Position numbers and translations under genes: made by a program. The notes below the pieces were generated by a model. The model did no database searches. It was given only the letters and a program-made list of their open reading frames with translations, and was not told the origin of the DNA. Shown piece by piece: positions 53,497 through 62,164 of a stretch of DNA of 64,000 bases. This stretch comes from Hydrolagus colliei. Its lineage: Eukaryota. Numbering within the stretch: the first letter of the stretch is position 1; every line of letters starts with the position of its first letter. The stretch is taken from assembly GCA_035084275.1 (NCBI GenBank), contig CM068749.1:19096001-19160000 (forward strand), in the 5' to 3' direction.

Positions 53497-53726
53497 CTGG
53501 CAGGGCAAAATCTTGGGCAACTTTCCTTACTCCACACACCTGATAAACCTTCAACCACGAAAAATTGGTTGACAATCCACAACTGTTCGTGGGACACTGC
53601 TGTGCACAATTGGCTGGCTGCCACATTTCACCCACAACTATAGTCAATTCACTTTACAGTATATTCCATGAAGCACTTTGAGACGCCTAGAAGACGCGAA
53701 AAGTGCAAGGATGATTTATTTATTAT
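53497..53726 (+). mobile_element. SINE copy lacking most of the tRNA head
   Basis: ctggcagggcaaaatcttgggcaactttccttactccac..gtgggacactgctgtgcacaattggctg..tgcaaggatgatt. Confidence 0.88.
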
Positions 53727-54660
53727 CAGCATTGGTTGAAGTAAAATTACTTTTATTTTAAACATGAAAGTTACTTTCCAAAAAACTTACTTTTTAATGC
53801 TAAAATAAAAGTTTGTAAATAAAAGTCGCATTCCTTTAACTGACAATCGTGTCTTTAAGGAGCCTGCAGGCATCAGACAACCTACCAGGCACTGCCCTGA
53901 AGCAGGACCAGTCGGTAAGCCTGCACGAGCAACTACAGTTGCCGTAGCTGGATAATAATACTGGCATCAACAGAGTAACGGGAGCACTGCCTGCTTCAAT
54001 TACTATGATTTTTAAATAACAGAAACATTAAAAATTCATAGTTTACTGACAGGTTGCCAGCAGCAGTCATATTACCGCTCTTTTCTATTGGCAAAAATCC
54101 TGCCTGAGCTATATTGTTCCTTTAACAATCGGTTGCCATCAATACCGTATATGGCTTCACGTACAATAAGATTACTAATTATACAATGTATTCTTACACC
54201 TTGCAACTCTTCTGCACAGTATTTTCCATGTCTTTGAGTTCTTTATTTGTCTCCCTTTCTTATCTTTATTGTTCCACCTCTCCGTCTTATATTTAGTTTT
54301 TTCTTGATTGTCGCTATTCTATGGTAATCTTTTGATTTAAGATTTTTCCAGAATAATCATTCCTCAAACACTTCACTCATAGATCTAACATTTCTCTGAT
54401 AGATTTTCCTCCAGGGCAGTTAGTTATATTCTGCTGGCATTCTTCAGTCATCAAAATTAAATCCCTTCTCCCCTGCTGATGTCTACACATGAGTCACTGT
54501 TTACTTTCTGGTTTTCATATTTGGTGACAGATGGTTCTGCTTTCTGTCTGAATCCTTGCCCAACTTGTTAACACTATCCCACTATCCCAAAAAACAATGC
54601 TAGTTTCTCTCATTTTACACAGACTAGTATATTTTCAACAGCTTCTCTGCTTTTGTTAAC

Positions 54661-54971
54661 GATGATAATCCTTGCATTTAATAACGCGCTTTTCATGTCT
54701 TCTAGATGTCTCGAAGCGCTTCACAGACTATACAGTAAAGTGAATTGACTGTATGTTTGTGGGTGAAACGCAGCAGCCAATTGCACGCAGCAGTGTCCCA
54801 CAAACAGTAGTGGATTGAAGTGACCAATTTATTATTTTATTTTGTTGAGGGATTATTATCAGGCAGATGGAGTATAGAAACTTACTGAAGGTATTGCCCT
54901 GCCTGGAATCGAACCCAGGTCACTCATTTGCAGAGTGAATGCTCTAACCACTGAGCTGCAGGGCTCCACAA
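54661..54971 (-). mobile_element. tRNA-derived SINE, full length
   Basis: Complete tail, body and head; B box GGTTCGATTCC on minus strand. Confidence 0.92.
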
Positions 54972-55941
54972 CTTACCTACTTTAACGTGTGTGTGTGTGT
55001 GTGTGTATTGAAGCTGCTTACACAGGACTACAGATCTGCTGTGCATTTGCACTGTGATCACTGCACAATTCGCATAGTCAAATTATTGCTATCAGAAATC
55101 CAAGTAAATAGGCATTTTTGTTGTAGTTTTAAAGTTGTACAACAAGAATCACACTCAATCAATCTGAATCTCATGGCACTAACTGGTGCTCCTGCTTCCA
55201 TTATTGGGTTAAAGGAGCAGTAACAGCAGAAATGTTAATGTCCTAAGAAAATGTAGGTCAATTTTGAGAAAGAAAAATCACAGATCATTTTACTGTGCTA
55301 CCAAGGAATGTTATTCGACCTGGACTTTGCTATGTGCCTCTGCTCATCCCTTTTCTCAGTGGCTCACTAAGTATGTGGCGTTAATATAAATGTAAAATTC
55401 CATCAGGAGGGATACTGTAGGAGGAATAGATAACTCAGTAGTGATTACAAGGCAGTCATGTATTCAAGACAATCATAACTCACAAGACTATCAGTTGAGC
55501 AGGTTTTTTTAAACAAAAAATGAGACTTGTGACCTGGAAGCAATAACTGCAATCCCATAATTTAAACAATAAGAGCTTTCTGAACCTGTACAGTTAAGCA
55601 GCTGGTTCACACATGTACGACAATTTGAAAAAATATATATGCAGCGATGGAATCTGAAAACATTAACAAATCTTAAAAGAGTCACCCATGCAAAATGAAG
55701 GGTTGGGTTTTTTACAGTTCACATACTGTTGTGGTTTAATTCGAGTCAGCAGAATGCCAGAGCTTGTCATTACAGTCACAAGGGTAGAATTTATCAATGT
55801 ACGGTACATTGCCCCAACCGCTTAAGCCGGATTCTTAATCCAGAACGATTAAAGTTTACAACAAGGCAAATGAAAAAAGACTTAAAATATTCTCTCATAG
55901 AAACATAACTACAGCTTGGGCTGTTGCTTGGCTATACATAC

Positions 55942-56064
55942 CATGTCTGGTTTCAGTTGGAATACTAATGGGATGGAATAGAGGATTGAGTGCACAGTGG
56001 TGACCACTGAAGAAATCCAGGATTGTCTAACTTCACGACTGCGAGGTATCCGATGAATGGTGTA
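55942..56064 (-). CDS. ALG14: ALG14 exon 3
   Basis: gtcttacag|TAC..ATG|gtatgt; YTIHRIPRSREVRQSWISSVVTTVHSILYSIPLVFQLKPDM, 123 nt. Confidence 0.97.
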
Positions 56065-56609
56065 CTGTAAGACAAACGGTAAGAGGAAGTAACTGCAACA
56101 ATGATTTTTAATGATACAAATAGTTGCTGAACCGCATACTATCACCATGTGCGCGAGGAACAAGGTTTGTCATGGAGTCGTGGCACTAGTTTCTGATGTG
56201 CTTTGTTCGATAAAGTCCTATTCACACCAATTTGGAACTGTGCCACATTTATGTGACACCGGTTTGGAAGTGGTGCCTTTCCAGACCAATTTGGAAACAC
56301 TCAATGTTTCATATTTATGAATCCCTGCTCCCCGCTGTTTCCCTGTTCTTGGCTAGTCATGCAAATATGATTAAAGCTCCACTAAATAAGTCAAGAATGT
56401 GAAGGTCCAGAACCATCCAGAGCTAGGGAACTACGTAATCCAACAGCTCCCGATCTAGTTCAACGTTGAAGTTAGTTGTATTCTTAGCAGTATAGTAAAA
56501 ACCTCTTACTTCTATCGGATTTTAATAATTTATAATCCTTGGATTTGATACAGGACCTTATCAGGTCGAAACATTGGAAAGCACTTCCAAGAGATTTTCC
56601 TCTAGTGTA

Positions 56610-56865
56610 ATGACTGCATTCATAGGCAAACAGGGCTGCTAATTTGGACACAGCAATGCGCCACAAACAGACATGGAGTGAAAGATCATTATTCTTTTTT
56701 ATTTGGCGGATTTTTGGCCAGGATACTGGAAGAAACTCTTTTCGAATAGTGCCTTGGCACCTTTAACATCCACCTGAACAGGCAGACCTACAATTTAGAC
56801 CTCCTCCGAACTGGAGGACAGCACCTTAATCAAATCAGTGTGCAACAGAGTGTCATCTTGAGACC
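56610..56865 (-). mobile_element. Old Deu-domain SINE relic
   Basis: ttggccaggatactggaagaaactcttttcgaatagtgccttggcacctttaacatccacctga is the reverse complement of the same core, joined to gctgctaatttggacacagcaatgcgccacaaacag. Confidence 0.68.
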
Positions 56866-57452
56866 TGTAAAGGGAATGCAGGAAAACATCACCCACAATT
56901 GAAGAAAACAGATGCTATGCCGGGGTGACTTATGACATTACAGTGTTAACAATTTGAGGCTGAATCAAGAATGTTGCTGAGCAAAGGAAGAGGGAAATGG
57001 GGTGAAAAGCAGAGTGTAGGAGAGAAAAATCATATCAAAGTGAACAACAGGCTGCTTGCCAGATCTGAAACCCTAGTCTAAATATTCCTCAAAGCCACAA
57101 TAAAATGTGTCTCACTGCTCCACAATCTAACTCAGCATTACAGCATCATATGAGCCTAGTGTGTCAAAAGTAAAACCTTACTGTAATTGTAAAACTTGAT
57201 ACAGCGTGATTTAATTCATGTTAACAAACACTTTTGGCACCGTTCATTTTAAACTGTAGGACAGCACATTTTGTGCTTCATAAGTGGCTTAATGAAGAAA
57301 GCTGCTTCAATTTCCGCATCATTAAAAAAAAACTGCAATTTCTTTTTAAGAGTTTAAAGTAATGCAGACACTATATTCCATTGTATTCATGATTCAATCA
57401 ATTATGCTCATCTTTATCAAATAAACACCTCAACTTTACATGAACACGGCTT

Positions 57453-57684
57453 TTGATCGGTGGCCGGGCTTTCATCCTCTCTGCCTCCACGCTTTGGAAC
57501 TCCATTGCACAATCCCTTCACCTTGCTTCCTCCCTTGCTTCCTTCAGCTGCCATCCTACCTCTCTGCCCTCCCTCATCCTAAACCCTAACCACCATGCTC
57601 AGGTCTTAACCCCTGACTGTTCAGTGCCTTGGGACTTCCACCTGCTGCGAAAGGTGCTCTAGAAATGTAATTTGGTTGTTGTTT
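57453..57684 (+). mobile_element. Degenerate L2 3' end
   Basis: IGGRAFILSASTLWNSIAQSL then gtgccttgggac..gcgaaaggtgctctagaaatgtaatttggttgttg. Confidence 0.85.
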
Positions 57685-58769
57685 GATAGGAGACCCTTCA
57701 AGAGGTTCACTTTGAGCAAGACTTCCATTGTGTGCTGCACATGTCCAATTTTGGATGTAGCATGTAGCCAAGAATACAGAGAGATATGATTTCTAGTTCA
57801 GCCCTCCCCCCCCACCCCGCAGTGCACACTGCTCCTCATATTAAACAGCTTGCTGCATGTTCACCTGACTTTTAAGTAAATTTGATTTCACTAGAGTCAT
57901 TAAAGTTAAGCAACGACCACATCTCAGACATCAACTGTAGAAAATATTTCCCTGGCAAGTGAATTGACAGCTGGGCTCCCGTCCCTATTTGTTCATTGTT
58001 GATATGGTTCTCGTTTGTGCAGATGGGGCCAAGAAAAAAGATATTCCTAGCAGGGACAATGGTAGTGTCAGGGTATGGGACCAAATGACAGATAATCTAC
58101 TGGGGCATGACTAAGACCTTTGTTCTGGAGGGCTGGAGGGAATGAGTGTTAGCTAGGTGTTGACCACAAACGACAACTTGCATTTACGTAGTGCCATTCA
58201 CACCTGGAGATGTCTCTGAGCCCTTAAGAGTGCCGCAGCCTCTTTCATTGGAGCGTTCCTCGGTTGCCACTGCACACTTTGCCTTTGCAGAATTAGACTG
58301 GCGTCTTATTTATGCAGTGCTGATAAAAATCACCAAAGCAGACAACAAATTTGGGAATTCGGCACATAACAAACACTCGGAAATGTCTGCTTCTTTTAAA
58401 GACTCTGGTGCCATCTGCAGGGTTGGATATACCTCAATTTCTTCTGCAATCATTCTTTCAAAAGTATGGCATCTCACGGTGTTCCCCCCAGTGTCTCAGG
58501 CCACACATCCCATGTTACTCAGACCTAGCACCAGATGGACCTTGGTCTTCTTTTGCCCAGCAAATACTTATGTTCTTAAATATGCACGCTACAGGTGAGG
58601 CAAGGTTCTTACGAGTTTGGAGATAACTTTGCGACAATGGAGAAAAATACATTTTTAAGAAATCAAAACTATAAGTTAGAATGACTAGCGATTTTAACAA
58701 AATACTGCAGCAAATTCTACAAACACAAAAATGTTGAAGGATACCCCTTCAGTTCCTACCAAAACCTAC

Positions 58770-58921
58770 CTGAGGTTCAGTATCTTTTTTATTTTTAGCT
58801 GCTTCAACGATGTGGACTTTCTCTTCACTCATCTTGTCTGTATTAGCAATGACATAATGCCTTGGAGTATATGATGGGGAGAGGCTGCTCACCAGTCTCA
58901 GAATCTCTGTAGTATGACCCC
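58770..58921 (-). CDS. ALG14: ALG14 exon 2
   Basis: cttttttag|GG GGT CAT..CAG|gtaggt; (G)GHTTEILRLVSSLSPSYTPRHYVIANTDKMSEEKVHIVEAAKNKKDTEPQ, 152 nt. Confidence 0.97.
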
Positions 58922-58983
58922 CTAAAAAAGAAAACAAAGTCTAAGTAGGTAATATTAAGATAATTTTTGTCATATTTTCTGTA

Positions 58984-59089
58984 GTTTCCCCCACAAATAT
59001 AGTCAATGCACTTTACAGTATATTCTGTGACGCGCTTTGAGACGTCTAGAAGACGTGAAAAGCACTATATCAAAATGCAAGCATTATTA
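58984..59089 (+). mobile_element. SINE 3' fragment in ALG14 intron 1
   Basis: cccacaaatatagtcaatgcactttacagtatattctgtgacgcgctttgagacgtctagaagacgtgaaaagcactatatc. Confidence 0.88.
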
Positions 59090-59504
59090 GTTTTGGGGTA
59101 CATATTCTAGGTAATAGTTGTACGAATGACTCTGGTGCATGAATGGTTAACAACCATCTCATTCAACATAGGAAGGAAGAGAATAGCATCTATGAAGTTT
59201 GAAGTCGTATTCATCTGTTTGAATACATGATCTTAAATACTCTTGATATATATTTTATTGCTGGCCAATTCAAAGAGTACTGGGTATTAGTTACCCTAAA
59301 CCTGTTGAAAACATAGATTCTATGCATGGAAGGGGGAAACAATGCAAAAATATACATACTGTATTATGTTTCTTTTAAACAAAGCAGAACCATTACGTAT
59401 AATATATTTAACCAAAGTGTAACTCACAATGCTCAGAGTGTAATACAGATTGTGATAGTTGTGTGTGTAATTAGAAGAAAGAACATATGAATGAATGAAA
59501 CCCA

Positions 59505-59601
59505 AATAAAAGTTGCTGAGGAAACTCAGCAGGTCAAACAGCATCCACGGAGAAAGGAAAAAGAGTCAACGTTTCGGGTCTACAACCCTTCGTCAGGACT
59601 G
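59505..59601 (-). mobile_element. Short Penelope-like element terminal-repeat fragment carrying the hammerhead
   Basis: gctgaggaaactcagcaggtcaaacagcatccacggag..gagtcaacgtttcgggtc..cccttcgtcaggac resembles a common chondrichthyan dispersed repeat as I recall it; minimal hammerheads are a known feature of PLE termini. Confidence 0.65.
59564..59600 (-). ncRNA. Minimal type I hammerhead ribozyme motif
   Basis: Minus strand reads AGUC-CUGACGA-A-GGGU(UGUAG)ACCC-GAAA-CGUU-GACU: stem I AGUC/GACU, core CUGANGA, stem II GGGU/ACCC, GAAA, palindromic ACGU stem III, GUU cleavage triplet. Confidence 0.8.
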
Positions 59602-59784
59602 GGGCTTGTTTGGAAGGAGAGTCCCCAGTCTATCTCTGGGATTTCCATGTGTAGGTGAGATGCACTGCAATCTGTTTGGCTTGGATACTCTTAAGCAGGG
59701 CAATGGGTGTCCGCATATGTCAGGCTCCCAGTTGAAATATCTCAACACACGCACACATACATACATATATATATATATATATAA

Positions 59785-59978
59785 AATAATATAATAATCC
59801 TTGCATTTGATTTAGCGCTTTCCACATCTTATCGACGTCCCAAAGCGCTTCACAGGATATACTGTAAAGTGAATTGACCGTATATATTTGTGTCGCGGAA
59901 TCGCGGCAGCCAATTGCGCACAGCGGCGTCCCCCACAAACAGTCGTGGATCGAAACGGCCAATTTTATTATTTTTTTG
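59785..59978 (-). mobile_element. SINE 3' half, CpG-retaining copy in ALG14 intron 1
   Basis: ataatccttgcatttgatttagcgc..cgcggcagccaattgcgcacagcggcgtcccccacaaacagtcgtggatcgaaacggccaatt. Confidence 0.9.
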
Positions 59979-59989
59979 TATATAGTGTG

Positions 59990-60190
59990 TAATATATACA
60001 CGATACACACACACACACCGTATATGCATTGTATATACACTATACACACACACTATATACACACACCATATATATACACACACCGTATATGCATTGTATA
60101 TACACTATATACACACACGCACTATATACACACACCATATATATACACACATGACACTGTATATACGCACTGTGTACACATACACACAAA
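59990..60190. repeat. (TA/CA)-rich array with an approximately 65-bp tandem duplication
   Basis: ccgtatatgcattgtatatacactata at 60018 and 60083. Confidence 0.85.
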
Positions 60191-60240
60191 GTGTGTGTGC
60201 TTGCCTCTCATACACACATAGTACATACTGTGTGTGCCTG

Positions 60241-60636
60241 CACTCCCCCCCCTCACCCCCCCCCCACACACTCCCCCTCCCCCCCTCACCCCCCCCACAC
60301 ACACTCCCCCTCACCCCCACCACACACACTCCCCCTCCCCCCCTCACCCCCCCACACACACTCCCCCTCCCCCCCTCACCCCCCCACACACACTCCCCCT
60401 CCCCCCCTCACCCCCCCACACACACTCCCCCTCCCCCCCTCACCCTCCCCCTCACCCCCCCACACACACTCCCCCTCCCCCTCCCCCCCCCACACACACT
60501 CCCCCTCCCCCCCTCACCCCCCTCACCCCCCCACACACACTCCCCCTCCCCCCCTCCCCCTCCCCCTCCCCCCCCCACACACACTCCCCTCACCCCCCCC
60601 CCCCCCTCCCCCCTCCCTCCCTAACCCCCCCCCCCC
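60241..60636. repeat. C-rich minisatellite (about 31-nt unit cacacactccccctcccccctcaccccccc) at the 5' end of ALG14 intron 1
   Basis: About 10 imperfect units; G-rich on the ALG14 sense strand. Confidence 0.92.
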
Positions 60637-60647
60637 GGGTCACTAAC

Positions 60648-60810
60648 CGGAGCCCAGCACCACCAGCAGCGGCACCGGGAGCCGCTCGGCCTCTCTGTGC
60701 CTCTTGTTGTTCCTCAGGGTCACAAGCAGCCGGAGGGTCAGACAGGCGGCGGCGGGGAGCAGCCACAGCCACAGCCACCCCCCCCACCCACAACACCAGG
60801 CCCAGGCCAT
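60648..60810 (-). CDS. ALG14: ALG14 first coding exon (hydrophobic N-terminus)
   Basis: Strong Kozak gccggccATGG; MAWAWCCGWGGWLWLWLLPAAACLTLRLLVTLRNNKRHREAERLPVPLLVVLGS(G)|gttagt; phase-1 junction restores the GSGGHT motif. Four exons total 669 nt = 222 aa + stop. Not in ORF track. Confidence 0.9.
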
Positions 60811-60868
60811 GGCCGGCACCCAGCACCCAGCACCCAGGCCTACAGCAGGGACAGAGGCCCGGCTCTAC

Positions 60869-61445
60869 ACTCCCCCCCCCCCCTCCACACTCACCCCGCT
60901 CTCTCCTCACTTCCCTCTCCTCCTCCTCCCCCTCCTCTCTCCCCCCGCTCCTCTCCTCTCCCCCTCTCTCCCCCTCCTCTGCTCCCTCTCTCCCCCCGCT
61001 CCTCTCTCCCCCTCCCCCCGCTCTCTCCTCACTTCCCTCTCCTCCTCCTCTGCTCCCTCTCTCCCCCCGCTCCTCTCCTCTCCCCCTCCTCTGCTCCCTC
61101 TCCCCCCCCGCTCCTCTCTCCCTCTCTCCCCCCGCTCCTCTCCTCCCTCTCTCCCCCCGCTCCTCTCCTCTCTCCCCCTGCTCTCCTCTCTCCCCGCTCC
61201 TTCCCTCTCCCCCCGCTCCTCTCCTCTCTCCCCCTGCTCTCCTCTCTCCCCCCTCCTCTTCTCTTCTCTCCCTTCCTCCCTCTCCTACTCTGTCCTCCCC
61301 CCCTCCCCTGCTCTCCCCACTTTGCTCTCCCCCCCCCCCTCTCTCCCCCCCCCCTCTCTCCCCCCCCCCTTCTCTCCCCCCTCCCCCCCCCCCTCTCTCC
61401 CCCCCCCTTTCCTCTCCCCTTGCTCTACCCTCCTCTCTCCCCCTC
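60869..61445. repeat. Polypyrimidine/polypurine tandem tract (ctctctccccccgctcctctc units)
   Basis: Almost purely C/T for about 575 bp, bounded by the 11-bp direct repeat cccggctctac. Confidence 0.92.
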
Positions 61446-61524
61446 CCCGGCTCTACCCAATCCGGCTCTAGGCGGCGCCATCAGTCTGGAGCAACTCGAA
61501 ACAGCAACATAAAGGTCACCAGGG
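61446..61524. promoter_or_regulatory. Candidate ALG14 core promoter island between tandem arrays
   Basis: Only non-repetitive stretch in about 1 kb; CCAAT at 61457-61461, YY1-like GCGCCATC, AAAGGTCA at 61511-61518, several CpGs. Confidence 0.5.
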
Positions 61525-61900
61525 GGAGACAGACTGGGGGGGGGGGGAGAGACAGACTGGGGGGGGGGGGGAGAGAGACAGACTGGGGGGGGGGGAGAGA
61601 GACAGACTGGGGGGGGAGGGGGGGTGGGGAGAGAGACAGACTGGGGGGGGGGGTGGGGAGAGAGACAGACTGGGGGGGGGAGAGAGACAGACTGGGGGGG
61701 GAGGGGGGGTGGGGAGAGAGACAGACTGGGGGGGGGGGAGAGAGACAGACTGGGGGGGGGGAGAGACACGGTGAGGATGAGCGGAGTGAGGGGAGACAGT
61801 GTGAGAGTGAGCGGGGTGGGGGGAGACAGTGTGAGAGTGAGCGGGGTGAGGGGAGACAGTGTAAGAGTGAGCGGGGTGGGGGGAGAGACAGTGTGAGAGA
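61525..61900. repeat. G-rich tandem arrays: (gagagacagactG9-14)n then about 30-nt gagcggggtg..gagacagtgtgagagt units
   Basis: Nine gacagact+G-run units to about 61765, then four copies of the second unit. Confidence 0.92.
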
Positions 61901-61985
61901 GAAGGGGTGGTGGGATGGGAGGGTGGGGGAGTGTGGGGAGGGAGGGAGGGAGTTTAGCGGAGCGAGAGATGGGAGAGAGGGGAGT

Positions 61986-62164
61986 AACAATAATAAAACA
62001 ATAACAATTCTTACATTTGCTAAGTGTTTCATCACGTCTTCGAGACGTCTCAAAGCTCTCTACACAATAGAGTGTAGAGTGAATTGACTACATGTATTGT
62101 GTGCGAAACGCAGCAGCCCTTTGCGCACAGCAGCGTCCCACAAACAGTCGTGGATTGAAATGAC
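61986..62164 (-). mobile_element. SINE 3' half
   Basis: tcacgtcttcgagacgtctcaaagc..tgcgcacagcagcgtcccacaaacagtcgtggattgaaatgac. Further degenerate copies at about 19240-19350, 26830-26900, 48605-48790 and 62685-62804. Confidence 0.87.

Noticed and set aside
61525-61765. CRISPR-like regularly spaced repeat (gagagacagact)
   Set aside because: The spacers are G homopolymers, not unique sequences; eukaryotic minisatellite with no cas genes.
60094-62087. Long Pro/Ser/Leu/Gly-rich ORFs (617, 271, 255, 190 aa)
   Set aside because: Artefacts of stop-poor C-rich and G-rich tandem repeats; the real coding exon here is the short minus-strand ALG14 exon.
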